Both the position numbers and the translations under genes were made by a program. This document shows, piece by piece, positions 1 through 13,479 of a stretch of DNA of 64,000 bases. Position 1 is the first letter of the stretch, and the number at the start of each line of letters is the position of its first letter. The notes beneath the pieces were generated by a model. The model was not told where the DNA came from. It searched no databases and saw only the letters and a program-made list of their open reading frames with translations. The stretch is from Vicugna vicugna (taxonomy: Eukaryota). The DNA lies in contig MU057584.1 in the NCBI GenBank assembly GCA_013265495.1, positions 62,001 to 126,000 on the forward strand, given 5' to 3'.

Positions 1-374
1 CCTGAGCTTTTGGGACCTAACTGGGTAGAAGCCCACTTGTCCTAAGCCTGCTGAGGAGAAAGTGAGTAGGCTTTTCATTGATGTTGCTGTAGGCTGGAAT
101 GTGGGTTGTCTTGGTTTCAGCCTTAGAGCCCAGGTATTAAACTGTTAGACTTACAGTTCTCAGTGGGTCACATGTACAGAAGAGTCTGTTGACTTCATTC
201 TTTGCTTCCACTTGTACAGAAAAACATAACAAAACGATAAATGGTGTTATACAGACATGTCCCTTCCCCTGGCCTATTAAGGCCTTATCTCCTGGCCTAA
301 GTGTGAAATCCTGATACTGATACTGAACAAAGCATTTACTTGTCCTGGTCTCTGAATATTGCCTTTTCTCATAG

Positions 375-2503
375 GCAACAGGAATCAAAATGAGATGGAG
401 AATCTGCGAAAAGTTGCATTAAAATACATTTCATGGGAAGAGCCATCCTGCTGGCAAATCTGGAAACAGGTTGCAAGTGATTTAACCAGGGGTCTTTACT
501 GGAAGAGTTCCCCATTTCTACAGGGCGATTCTGTTCAGGTTTCTGAAAATGGGAACCATGTAATGAATTGTAAAGGAGATAACTCCATTTGCCTTGAAAA
601 TCAAGAGTTTTTGGTGTCGAGAACACAGGATTCTCGTGTGAACACCTACCTGAGCGAGGCACAGAATCAGAGTAGAGCTGAGCACATCAACAGGAAAAAT
701 GACCTGCGTGTGTGTGAAGGCTTCATGAGGAAACCACCACTCAGTGAGCCCGCTGAGACTGACATGGACCAGAAACCCTCCAAACATAACGGATGTGGCA
801 GGAGCCTTGGTGACAGCTTCACTCGGCACTGCCCCTTAGGAGAGAGGCTCCTTCCATGCAGAGAGTGTGGGAAAGGCTTCAGTCATCACTCTGTGCTGCC
901 AGCTCGCCAGAATGTTCACACAGGAGAGCGATGGCCCCGTCAGAGCTCACACCTTCAGACATGTCTGAGGATTCCCCGAGGAGAGAAAGTCGATGAATGT
1001 CATGAATCAGGTGACTGTTTCAGTAAGACGTCTTTTTATCCTCATCAGTCTCATCATATGGGAGAGAAGTCCTATCGGTGTGGCAGTTGTGGCAAAGGGT
1101 TCAGTAGCAGCACAGGGCTTACCGTCCACTACAGAACGCACACGGGAGAGAAGCCTTACAAATGTGCAGAGTGTGGTAAATGCTTCAGTCAGAGTTCAAA
1201 TTTTCAGTGCCATCAGAGAGTCCACACAGAAGAAAAACCATACAAATGTGAAGAGTGTGGGAAGGGCTTCGGCTGGAGCGTTAATCTTCGCGTTCATCAG
1301 AGGGTCCACAGGGGTGAGAAACCCTATAAATGTGGAGAGTGTGGGAAGGGTTTCACTCAGGCCGCACATTATCACATCCATCGGCGGGTCCATACTGGGG
1401 AGAAACCTTACAAATGTGATGTCTGTGGCAAGGGCTTCAGTCACAATTCCCCTTTAATATGCCACCGGAGGGTCCACACCGGAGAGAAACCCTACAAATG
1501 TGAGGTGTGTGGGAAAGGCTTCACCCGGAATACCGATCTTCACATCCATTTGAGAGTCCACACGGGAGAGAAGCCCTACAAATGTAAGGAGTGCGGGAAG
1601 GGCTTCAGTCAGGCTTCCAATCTTCAGGTCCATCAGAACGTCCACACTGGGGAGAAACGATTCAAATGCGAAACGTGTGGGAAGGGCTTCAGCCAGTCGT
1701 CAAAGCTTCAGACCCATCAGAGAGTCCACACCGGAGAGAAGCCATACAAATGTGATGTGTGTGGTAAGGACTTCAGTTACAGTTCAAATCTCAAACTGCA
1801 CCAAGTGATCCACACCGGAGAAAAACCATATAAATGCGAGGAGTGCGGGAAGGGCTTCAGCTGGAGGTCAAATCTTCACGCACATCAGAGAGTCCACTCA
1901 GGAGAGAAACCCTACAGATGTAAGGAGTGTGATAAGGGCTTCAGTCAGGCCATAGATTTTCGGGTCCATCAGAGAGTCCACACTGGAGAGAAACCCTACA
2001 AATGTGAGGTGTGTGGGAAGGGCTTCAGTCAGTCCTCTGGTTTGCAGTCCCACCAGAGAGTCCACACTGGGGAAAAGCCGTACAAATGTGATGTCTGTGG
2101 AAAGGGTTTTAGATACAGTTCCCAGTTTATATACCATCAGAGAGGCCACACTGGCGAGAAACCGTACAAATGTGAAGAGTGTGGGAAAGGCTTCGGCAGG
2201 AGTTTGAATCTTCGCCATCACCAGAGGGTCCACACGGGAGAGAAACCCCATAAGTGTGAGGAGTGTGGGAAGGCCTTCAGTCTCCCCTCAAATCTTCGAG
2301 TCCATCTGAGTGTTCACACTCGGGAGAAACTATTTAAATGTGAGGTGTGTGGTAAGGGCTTTAATCAGAGTTCACGTCTTCAGGCCCATCAGAGAGTCCA
2401 CACTGGAGAAAAACCATACAGGTGTGACGTCTGTGGTAAGGACTTCAGTCACCGTTCCCGCCTCACGTACCATCAGAAAGTCCATACTGGCAAGAATCTT
2501 TAA
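375..2503 (+). CDS. ZNF227: Terminal spacer + C2H2 zinc-finger exon of a KRAB-ZNF gene (ZNF227 orthologue); upstream exons lie outside the window
   Basis: Acceptor ttttctcatag|GC at 374/375, then GNRNQNEME (family-typical exon start), two degenerate fingers and 17 intact C2H2 fingers with TGEKP-type linkers. Ends [20 protein letters not shown]. Finger sequences and position upstream of ZNF233 match my recollection of ZNF227. Confidence 0.85.
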
Positions 2504-2890
2504 AAATCAGAAACATGTTATTGACTTCGGTCAGGATGCATGTCTTCAAGCTTTTGGTGATTCCATGCTGGTGATAAACTCTACAATAAAGTATTGAGGG
2601 TGGAAAGGGATTTCTTCAGATGGAATCTTTCTAACAAATCCATTAAAATGACATAGACCCATACATTGTAACAGAGAAGAATTAAGTTGTAACCCTCCTG
2701 GTAAGATCCACTTGATATAAATCATCTTTCAAAGTGAATATATGCCTGAAAACAATGTGTGATAAGGCTATTTGCTGTATACTAGCTAGGTTTTTGGGGA
2801 ATTAAGGGGATTATTTTTCCTTCAGCTTCCATTTTATACTTACTTACAGTGACTGTTATTTTTACTAAAGCTGTAAAACTATGAAAAATG

Positions 2891-2896
2891 AATAAA
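2891..2896 (+). terminator. Candidate polyadenylation signal for ZNF227 (another AATAAA at 2585-2590)
   Basis: AATAAA hexamers downstream of the stop codon; usage cannot be determined from sequence. Confidence 0.35.
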
Positions 2897-3805
2897 ATTA
2901 CTGACAAAATTTCCAGTAGCCAAGAAGTCATAATATGATCGCTTCATTCCATATGGTAGATTGGATTAAAATTAAAGAATAGATCCCCAGAGATGAATCT
3001 TTGATCCTCAGAAGTAAGTATCTGTCTACTGTAGATGTATTTGAAGGAATATTCATTGCATCATTGTTTATAACAGCAAACATAGAAATAATCTGTTGGA
3101 TTGCCAAAGTATTTTGTGATTTATTGACCCAGTGGATCTCTCTACGGACATCAAATGAGAGAAGGTAAATTTGCATTACGTATGTTGGAAGATGCCCAGG
3201 ACACATTCACCTGGAAAAACACAAAACATGGGATTTTCGTGTGGTCTCATTTAAAAAAAAAAAAGCATATGTAGGTGTTAATTTCTAGTTATTTCTAAAT
3301 GATGAGAGTTTGCTTCATATATATTTTTTACCTCTTTTTAACTTTCTTGTCTTGAAAAAATGTAAAACTTCCCAAAAGTTGTAAAAATTATATAAAATCT
3401 CTCATATACCCTTTACTCAGATTCACCAGTTAACATGTTTGAGTCGTTCTCTTTTTGTGTATGAATGTGTATACATGCACATACATACTGACATATTTTT
3501 CTTTAACCACGAGTATGTTCCAGACCGCTTACCCTTTGCATCCAAATACTTAAGTGTGTGTATCTTAGAACAAGGATATTTACTTAACATAGCTACATCA
3601 GGAAAATTGAATTTTGATACACAACATTATCTAACCTACAGACCTTACTGAAATTTTATCAGTTGTCCTGATAATATATTTATCACACATTTTCCTGGTC
3701 TAGAATCCAGTTAATGATTATATATTTCACTTAGACTCCTTTAATCTGGATTAGAACTCATTCTTTGTCTTTAATGACCTTGATTAAAAAATTTTTTTCT
3801 TGTTC

Positions 3806-4130
3806 TTTTTTTTAATTGAAGTATAGTCAGTTTATAACATGTTAATTTCTGGTGTACAGCATAGTGTTTCGGTTATGCATACACTTTTTCATATTCTTTC
3901 TCATAGGCCAATACAAGGTATTGAATGTAGTTCCCTGTGCTATACAGGAGACCCTTGTTTATCTGTTTAAGTTACTATCTGCAAATCCCTAACTCCCAAC
4001 TTACCCCTCCACCCCTCCCCTTCCCCCCAGTAACCATAGCTTGTTTTCTGTCTGAGTCTGTTTCTCTTTTGTAAATAAGTTCATTTGTGTCATTTTTTTA
4101 GATTCCACATGTAAGTGATAGACCTTGGTA
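3806..4130 (-). mobile_element. L1 3' end fragment
   Basis: Poly-T followed by ttgaagtatagtc...ggtgtacagcatagtg...ttagattccacatgtaagtgata, an antisense L1 3' UTR. Related copies at about 5050-5745, 18637-18985 (+), 26330-26470 and 29645-30176. Confidence 0.75.
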
Positions 4131-5759
4131 TTTTTGAATGTCACTTAACTTGGATTTTTCTAAGGTTTTCTCCTTACTAGATTTAAACTGTACGTTTTTG
4201 GGTACAAGGATTCCATAAGTGATATGTCCTTGGCGTATCACGTTAAGGAAACATGATATGTTTGTCCCCTTGTAAGTGAGGTTGACATGGTTAACTTGAT
4301 TAAGGTAGGCATGAACTGGGGCTTCCACTGTAGAGTTACCATTTTTGCCTTTGTAATTAATCATGTGTGAGGAGATAATTTTCTGGTTCCGCAAATGGCT
4401 TGTTTTTACGAATATTCCTATTCTAGTTTAAGCATCCATTGCAAAACCTAGCCTAAATAGATTATTACTGATGGTTACAAATGGGTGATGTTTCTGCCTT
4501 CCTCATTCCCTCAACATTTGTTAGCAGACATCTGTCCGTTATTCACTTTTTGTAAGTTTGAGCATGTCTCTCACTCTCTTGATACAATACAGTATTCCGT
4601 ATGCATCTTGTACCCCACTGCCCCAGCCAGGGGGTTTGCTCTTTCTTTGAGAGCCCTGGTTCCTTATGGAGGGGACTGGTGTTTAGAAAGATCTGAGTAA
4701 TAGATGTGCTCATTTTCACTCCTGTGGGCAGAGAGATGATAGGCAGGCAGATAGACAGGTGGGTAGAGAGGGAGGTACAAATGTCAAAAGAACGAATCAT
4801 GAGTTCATACTTTCACCACCAGTAATGCCTCATTCAACATCAGTGTTCTTCCTAGCCTCCCCCAAACTGCAAATTCATTCTTCAAGAATCAGAAATGTGG
4901 CTCCCAATATTATCCACATATACCAGCTAGGACTTCACAGGAAGAGAAAATGGAGTATTGGACAGCTGATGCCAGAAATGATTGTTGAATGGCATAGCTC
5001 CCCTCAATCCCCCAACTAAAACTTTTCCCATCCTTATGGCATTAACTTTATTTTTTCAATTGAACTACAGTCAATTTCTGGTGTACAGCACAACGTCCCA
5101 GTCCTGCTTATACATACATACATTCATTTTCATTTTTTCCATTAAAGGTTATTACAAGATAATTGCTATACAGAAGAAACTTTTTTTAATCTATTTTTAT
5201 ATAGTGGCTAACATTTGTAAATCTCAAACTCCCAAATTTATCTCTTCCCACCTCCTTTCCCCAGTAACCATAAGATTATTTACTATGTCTGGGAGTCTGT
5301 TTCTGTTTTGTAGATGAGTTCATGGTGTCCTTTTTTGATTCCACATATGAGTGATATCATAGGTATTCTTTCTCTTTCTGGCTTCACTTAGAATGACGAT
5401 CTGTAAGTCCATCCATGCTGCTGCAAATGGCATTATTTTATTCTTTCTTATGGCTGAGTAGTATTCTATTCATTCTCTCTCTCTCTCCATATGTATGTGT
5501 ATATACATTTATCCAGTCATCTGTTGATGGACATTTAGATATTTTCCATGTCTTGGCTGTTGTAAATAGTGCAGCTGTGAACATTGTTGGGGGGGTGTGT
5601 GTTTGCAAATTATAGTTTTCTCTGGATATATGCTCAAGAGTGGGATTGCTGGGTCATATGGTAAGTCTATTTTTAGTTATTTAAGGAACCTCCATATTGT
5701 CCTCCATAGCAGCTGCACAGTTTACATTCCCACCAACAGTGTAGGAGGTCTCATCTTGA

Positions 5760-7010
5760 TTTCTAAAAAAATTTGCTGAGATTTTGATGGGAAGTGTGTT
5801 AGACGATTTGGTATCTTAATTTAAGTCTTCCAATCCATGGACATGGTGTAGATCTCTGTTTAGGTCTTTTATTTCATCAGTGATTTTTTGAGTTTCAGTA
5901 CACAGTTGTTGCCTGTGTTTTGTTAGATCTATATTTAAGTATTTTCTGAAATTTTTGTTCTTTGTAGCTTCTTTATATAATAGAGTGTCTGCAAACGGAG
6001 ACAATTATTTCTTTTTTTCCAGTGTGTTTTTGTTGTTTGTTTTTCCCTTATAGTAATGTCTGGACCCTCCAGAAAGCTATTGAATGGGAATATTGAAAGC
6101 AGACATCTTTGCCTTTTTCCTCATCCTAGGGGAAAACATTTAGTCTTTTAAGTGTTATATTAACCGTAGGCTCTTGTAAATGCCTTTTATGCCGTTAAGG
6201 AGAGTCCTTTTATCCCTGGTTTGCTGAAAAATTTTCATCATGAATGTATGTTAAATTTTCTCAAGAGTTTTTTTCTGCGTCTGTTAAATGGTTATATAGT
6301 TTTTCTTCTTTAGACTATTACTATAGTAAATTACATTAATTTTCAAATATGGGAACAACATTGCATTCCTCGGATAAACCCACTTGATCATGATGTATTA
6401 TTATTTTCAAATATTGTATTCTACTTAATATTTGTTGAGGGATTTTGCATCTGTGTTCATGAGGGATATTGGCCTATAGTCTTTCTTTATGTAATGTCTT
6501 TTTCTTATTTTCGTAACAAGGTAATGCTGGCCTCATAAAATGAGTTGAGAAGTGTTTTATTCTGTTCTCTCAAAATGCTTTTGTAGAATTGTTTTTTTTT
6601 TCTTCTAATGATTGGTAGATGTAAGCACTCTAGGCCTGGTGTTGTTGTTGTTGTTGTTTTAGAAATTTTTAAAACTTGAATTCAGAATGGGTACAGAAAT
6701 ACTCTGGCTATTTATTTTTCCTTGAATGAGTTTTGGAAGTTTGTGCTCTTTTAAGGAATTTGTCCTTTCACCCAAGTTGTCACATGTGGCACGACACTGT
6801 TTACAGTATCCTTTTAATTGTCCTTATTTATATTGAATTATCTTACTATCCTTTTAGGATCTGTAATCATATCTTTCAGTCCTGCAGTTGGTAATTTCTA
6901 TTTTATTACAGTTCTTTTCAAAGCTTACTACTTTTTCTCTATTGTTGTTCTTTCAGTTCCAGTGATTTCTGCTTTCCCTCTTTTATTATCTCTTTCCTTC
7001 TTTTCCTGAA
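5760..7010 (-). mobile_element. Old L1 ORF2 relic
   Basis: T-rich antisense L1-like text (tttgcatctgtgttcatgagggatattggcctatag, gtaatgctggcctcataaaatgagttg). Confidence 0.7.
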
Positions 7011-8267
7011 TACCATTATTAGAACTCACTTGAAGTTCCTGCTATGGACTTTTGTTCATTTTTTCCCTCCCCAGCATTAGCTCCCTTCTCCATGCCTATG
7101 TTCCCTCCTCACTCGGTTGTGTTACCCAGCTCTCTGGGAGTTATAGAGAACTCTATTTCGCCAGGTGTTTAAACTACAGGAATTATTGCTACATTCAGCC
7201 CCTCATTCCAGTTATACTTGAAAATACATTTTTAAAATCCATTTTAACCCATTAAAGTTAAACTGCTTTGAGAGTTGTAGAGTGACACCAGTGAAAATGA
7301 TGGAGTAGGTAGTTCCAAGGGCCCAACCTCCATAGAAACAACAAAATCAACAACTGTCAGAATATGCTTCTTTGGAATTCTGGAAAAATAGCCAAAGGTT
7401 CACAACAACCCAGTGAATGCTGAATAGAGAAAACAGCAACTTTAAAATGGTAGAAAAGCTTTGTGGTATTTTTACGTGCCTTTGCTTCACCCTTCTCTCC
7501 AGATCAGTGATGGTCTTGAAAGTGACAGCCTACATTCCCAATGTAGGACCCTTATCCCTGGCTTCTAAGGAAGCAGAGCTGAACTTGTTCTCCAAGAACT
7601 GTGTTTGTCTGTTTTGAACTCTTTAGGAGCTGGCTGGAGGACTAATGCAAGGTTTCTGATTCTGTTTCACCTAACTTAGAAGTCTCTCATAGTGGAAAAG
7701 CAGCTAAATGGAGACTTCCTTGAAACATCAAAAGGCAGATGAACAAACCACTGCCATCTGTGGTAAGAGATTACAGTTGAGGCAAACAATAGATGAGCTG
7801 AAAGCCTGGGAGGAAAATCTGGAGAGAGATTCTGTGGGAGAAGTAGGGCATTGAAAAGCTCTGTGTATACTGGGGAATTTAGAAAGCCATGACTGTGCCT
7901 AGGGTAAGCCATGTCTTCAGAAATGACCTGTTAATCCTCTAAGCTTTTACCTCTGGCTGATCTTTGGCTACCAGTGAAACAAGAGGTGAAAGCTAAGGCA
8001 GGGTTGTAAATGGTTTGGCTAAGTGTGAAAGGAGGGTTCCAATACAGAGCCATTACCTAAAGACTGGGAGTATTTTTTTCTTTTATTTCTTTTTCTTCTC
8101 TTCCTCCTCCTCCTTGTCCTCCTTCTCTTCGTCCTCCATATCCTCCTCCTCCTCTTCCTGCTTCTCTACCCAGATATTCCAGGAAATCTCTATTAGCACT
8201 GTAGCTGAACAGAAACTAAAAGAACAGACCACATAAGACAGTTTTTAAAAGAGTTTAGAAAAGTCAT

Positions 8268-8665
8268 TATGTTTATTCCTATTCTACTGTAACAACATAC
8301 CACAAACGTGGGTGGCTTAAAACACAGAAATTTGTTCTCTCATATTCTGGAGGCTAGATGTTTAATCAAGGCGTCAGCAGGGCCGTGCTCTCCTTCCTTG
8401 TGTCTTGCTACCTTCTGGTGGTGGCCATTGATCCTGGTTCCTTGGCTTTCAGCTGCGTCACTCTAATCTCTGTCTCTGTAGTCACATGGTGTTCTCCCTG
8501 TGTATTGTTCTAGTCACATGTCATTTTCCTCTCCTTACAAGGACACCAGTCATATTGGATTATGGTACACTTAACTTGATTATATCAAGTTGCCCAGTAA
8601 GGTCACATTCACAAATACTGGAGGTTAGGACTTCAGTATATCTTTTGATGGCACACAAGCCCTTA
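8268..8665 (-). mobile_element. MLT1-type MaLR LTR
   Basis: taccacaaac..gtggcttaaaacacagaaatttgttctctc..ttctggaggctag and aaggacaccagtcatattggatt motifs. Confidence 0.7.
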
Positions 8666-9499
8666 ACAGTCACTTAAAAACAGATCATTGCAACCCACAG
8701 CAAGCAATAAAAAACAAGTGGAAGAATCTGATTTCAAGAAATAGCACATTATAATATTCAACAGAAAATTACACAATGTGAAAAGAAACAAAAAATATGA
8801 ACCATCCACAGGAGAAAATCCAAATTATCCCCAGTGAGGTACAGATATTGAGCTTACTTGACAAAGATTTTAAATCAACTGTCTTAAATGTTCTCAAAGT
8901 ACTAAAATCCATGGACAAAGAATACACAGAAACCAGGAAAATGTTCTCTGAACAAATAGAGAATATCAATAGATGAAAATTATAAAAAGGAAACAAATTC
9001 TGGGGCTGCAAAATCCTTGTTTTTTCCTGGAAAAAAATACTAGAGGGCTTCCACATCAGATTCTTCAGCAGGCAGAAGAATCGGTGAACTAAAAGATAGG
9101 TTAATTGAAAGATAGGTTAATTGAAATTATTTAGTCTGAGGAGTGGAAAGAAAAATAAACAGAGCCTAAGAGTACGCCATTAAACGTACCAACGTATACA
9201 TGATGAGAGTCTCAATGGGAGAGGAAGGAGAGAAAGGGGCAGAAAGAACATTTGAAGAAATAATGATCAAAAATGTCACAAAATATATGATATGAATCTA
9301 CACATCTAAGGTCAAGAGGGATAAATGCAAAGAGATCCACACCAAGACATTTTAATCAAACCGTCAAAAGCCAAAGCCAAAGCATCTTGAAAGCAAGAGG
9401 GATTATGATTCATCATGTACAAGGAATCTACAATCAAATTAACAATTAAAAAGAAAAAACCTATAGTTCTCCTGTATAGGAAAAGACATGATTCTTCCC

Positions 9500-10422
9500 C
9501 ACTGTTTGTTTCCTCCCTGTGAGTCTCCTTTGCTACTCACATAGAACACTTTCCTTCTGACACTTCTGGTCACCAAATGTGTGGAGGTTTTTGCCTACAA
9601 CAAGCACTTCCCTGTGACACCAGCTGGGTGTCCTACAATTTAGCTCAATTCTGACACTATTTACCAGGAGATAGCATCAGAGCCCACAGGTTAAGGGCTC
9701 AGTTCCACAAGTCTGTTCCCAGCCCACTTCTAATGCCAGTTGCAAATTGTAGGTTCCCAGGTTACCAATAACTTCTGTCTGATTTGGCTACAAATTGGAG
9801 ATTCCCATAATCTCCTTTCAGTTTCAACTAATTTGCTAGAGTGGCTCACATAACTCAGGGAAACACTAACATTTACCAGTTTATTAAAAGTATATAATAA
9901 AGGACACAGATGAACAGCCAGATGAAGAGATACAGAGGGCAAGGTATATGGAAAGGGGAACGAAGATTCCATGCCGTCTCTTGGCAAGTGACTTTCCCTG
10001 AAATTCCACCTGTTCACCAACCTGGAACTCTCCAAACCCTGTCCTTTTGGGATTTTTATGGAAGCTTCATCACTTAGGCATAACTAATCATTATGTCAAT
10101 TTTCAGCCCTTCTCCCTTCTTAAGAGAATGGGGAGTGGAGCTGAAATCCCAAGCTTCTAATCATGGCTTGTACTTTCTTGTGATCAACCCTTATTTAGGA
10201 GCTGTCCAGGTGCCCAGCCAGAGCTGCATTTTAGACTAAAAGACACTTCTGTCATCCAGGGAATTACAAGAATTTCAGGAGCTCTGTGTCAGAAACTGGA
10301 ATTAGAGACCAAATATTAAAAGATGCTCCTAGTGCTCTTAATACTTAGGAAACTACAAAGGTTTCAGGAGCTCTGTACCAGGAACTGTGGGCAGAGCCCA
10401 ATACACAGTTTTTATTATCTCA
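9500..10422 (-). mobile_element. MER21-like LTR
   Basis: gacaccagctgggtgtcctacaatt...tagcatcagagcccacaggttaagggctcag...tttcaggagctctgt motifs; similar copy at 16016-16760. Confidence 0.65.
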
Positions 10423-12874
10423 ACCAATTTCTCATCAGAAACCATGGAAGTCACAAGACAGTGGCATGATATACTTAAAGTACCAAAAGAAAAAAAAAAA
10501 CCTGTTAACAAAGAATCCTATATCTGGCAAAACAATCCTTCAAAAATAAAGTAGAAATTAAGACATTTCCAGATAAACAAATGCTAAAGGAGTTCATTGC
10601 TAGTAGACCTGCCCTACAAGAAAACTGAAGTAATTCACTCAGGTAAAAGTGAAAGGACACTCAGACAGTATCTTGAAGCCATATGACTAGTAAAGAACAC
10701 TGGTCATGCAACTATGTAGATAAGTTTAGATAAAGTAACTACATAGGTAAATATTACAAAAGCCAGTATTACTTTATTTTGGTTTGTTACTTCTATATGA
10801 TTTAAAAGAAAATTCATAAACAGTACTTATAAGTCTATGTTAATGGGTATGCAATGTATAAAAATGAAATTTGTGACAACAAAAATCTAAAGGAAAAAGA
10901 GGTGTGTGGGAACATAGTTTTTCTGTACTATTGAAGACTGGCAGGTATTCATTCAAAATAAATTATAATACATTTAAGAGGTTAAATGAAACCTCAGAGT
11001 AACTACCAAGAAAATAACTTTAAAACATGAAGATGAAGAATTGAGAAGGAAGTAAAAATGATGTATTTTTAAAAAACAATTAAAATTTAAAAAGGCATTA
11101 TTGGAGGAATCAGGCAAAAGAAAGATGACATATGGAAAACCAGTAGCAAAATGGCAGGAATAATCTTATCAAGAATTAATTTAATGTGAATGGGTTAAAC
11201 TTTCCAATTAAAAAGCAGAGATTGGCAAAATGAATAAAACATGATTCAACCATATACTGTCTGCAAGAGACTCATTTTAAAACCAAAGTTGTATTTAGAT
11301 TGACTGTATATAAATTTGTATATGGATTGTATATAGATTTGTATACAGATTGAGTGAAAGGATGGAAAAAGATATTCCATGCAAATTGTAAACAAAGGAG
11401 ATCTGGCATGATTACACTAATATCAGATAAAATAGGCTTTATGTAAAAAACTTTATGAGACAAAGAAGTATATGGTATATCCTTAAAGGGTTAATCTATG
11501 GAGATACAACAACTATAGACATTATGCACCTAGCAACAGAGTCCTAAAATGTGTGAAGTGGAAATTGACAGAAATGAAGGGGAAAATAGTTCTATAATAA
11601 AATTTTGAGACCTCACTAGCTCCACTTTCAATAACGCATACAACAACCAGATCAATAAGGAAATAAAGAATTTGAAAGCACTATAAACCAAACACATAAC
11701 AGATATATACACAGTACTCCACCTAAAATCAGCATAATACACATTTCTCTCAAATGGACACAGAACAAGATAGACCATATATTAGGTCACAAAACAAGTC
11801 TCAATACATTTAAGAAGAAATCATACAAAGTATATTCTCTGACCACAGTGGAACGAAATTAGACTCCATAAAAGGAGAAAACTGGAAAATTCACAAATAT
11901 GTGGAATATAAACACCACACTTGTAAAAGCCAGTGGGGCAAGAAAAAAATCACAGGGAAATTATGAAGGACTTTGAGATGAAAACAGGTCCACAGCAGTT
12001 AATAAGTTCTTAGGGCTGTATTTTCCACATAAAAGATGGTTTATCCATCTTTATTTCCTAAAATTTACTCAAGGCTGGAAGGTGGGGCAGTTGTTTCTGT
12101 GGCTTCTCTGGCTGTTCTTCCACCTTCATCATCCAGGCCACCACCACTGCCTCTCCTGGCTGTCCTGCGACTGGCTCTGCTGCACTTTATCCCTGACTCT
12201 GGCTGGAGCCATGTCCCACACTAACCTAGATGTAACTGTAATGTGATTATTATCACATATGAATAGAAGTCTGGGGAAGCTCATCAATGAATTCAGTAAA
12301 GTTGTAGGATACAAAATTAATGTACAGAAATCTTTTGCATTTCTATACACTAACAATGAAACATCAGAAAGAGAAATTAAGGAAAAATCCAATTTACCAT
12401 CACATCAAAAAGAATAAAATACCTAGGAATAAACCTACAGGAGGCGAACGACCTGTGCTCTGAAAACTATAAGACACTGATGAAAGAAATTGAGGATGAC
12501 ACAACAGATGGAAAGATATATTGTGTTCTTAGATTGGAAGAATCAATACTGTTAAAATGACCATACTACCCAAGACAATCTACAGATTCAGTGCAATTCC
12601 TATCAAATTACCAATGGCATTTTTCACAGAACTGGGGCAAAATTTTTGAAAAATTTGTATGGAAACACAAAAGACTCTGAACAGCATAAACAATCTTGAG
12701 AAAGAAAAACAGAGCTAGAGGAATCATGCTGCCTGACTTCAAACTACACTATGAAGTAATCAAAACAGTGTGATACTGACACAAAAAGACACATAGATCA
12801 ATGAAACAAGATAGAAAGCCCAGAAATAAACTTGCATTTATGGTCAATTAATCTATCTAATCTATGGCCAATTG

Positions 12875-13018
12875 CACACTGAATAGACTGCAGTGTCGCG
12901 TCAACATAACTTTTGTATGCTCTAGGAAACAAAAATTCATGTGATGCATTTTATTGTGATATTTGCTTTATTGCAGTGGTCTGGAATTGAATCTGAAATA
13001 TTTCTGAGGTATGCCTAT
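12875..13018. mobile_element. Tigger1-like DNA transposon end
   Basis: acataacttttgtatgc...tgtgatatttgctttattgcagtggtctggaa...ctgaggtatgcctata resembles a Tigger terminal segment. Confidence 0.6.
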
Positions 13019-13479
13019 ATTCTAGGCTTTTCTTTTTAAAATTACAGTATTTCATTTACTTCTTGCCAATGCCTCTTCTTTCATTTGCCAGAAAACCCCA
13101 GATTTCAAGTGAGCAATTTAAACAAATAAGAGTGTGAAACTTTTTAAATCTGTTCTGTTGTTGGATCAAAGGTTACTTTTTCTTTTCACGAGTCTCTAGC
13201 ACCTTGGAATAAATGACTCAAGCCCGAAAAAACTGTCGGGGGTCTAGCTGTATTCAGGCACAAGTAAAGTAAAGCAAAAGCATCAAGCCAAGTTTGGTAC
13301 TTTCGTCAGCTTTAGTTCCTGTACAGCCACATTTACTTTTCAGTCACACTTATTTGTAATGTGGTTTAAGAAGAAGAAGAAAAAAAAGGAAGAAAGGAAA
13401 AATAAACAAACAGCAAAATCAAGCGCTAATAGCGCCTGTAGACTGAACCGAACCATCTACATATGTCTAAAAAACAGTG

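Larger units (their letters stand above)
7280..12860 (+). mobile_element. Fragmented old L1 (5' region, ORF1, ORF2 relics) interrupted by LTR elements
   Basis: A-rich L1 ORF1/ORF2-like sequence (e.g. 10500-10620, 11200-11960, 12280-12850); no intact ORF. Confidence 0.7.

Noticed and set aside
359..374. ORF-track start (TTG, MPFLI) for the 714-aa ORF
   Set aside because: Lies in the intron acceptor region; the true N-terminus should come from upstream exons outside the window.
1075..2490. 84-bp periodic repeats that superficially resemble a repeat-spacer array
   Set aside because: They are C2H2 finger codons, not CRISPR or satellite DNA.
8015..8236. Poly-Ser ORF
   Set aside because: Translation of a low-complexity TCC/TTC simple repeat.
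9093..9128. Short tandem duplication aaagataggttaattga in L1
   Set aside because: Ordinary local slippage in a dead repeat.
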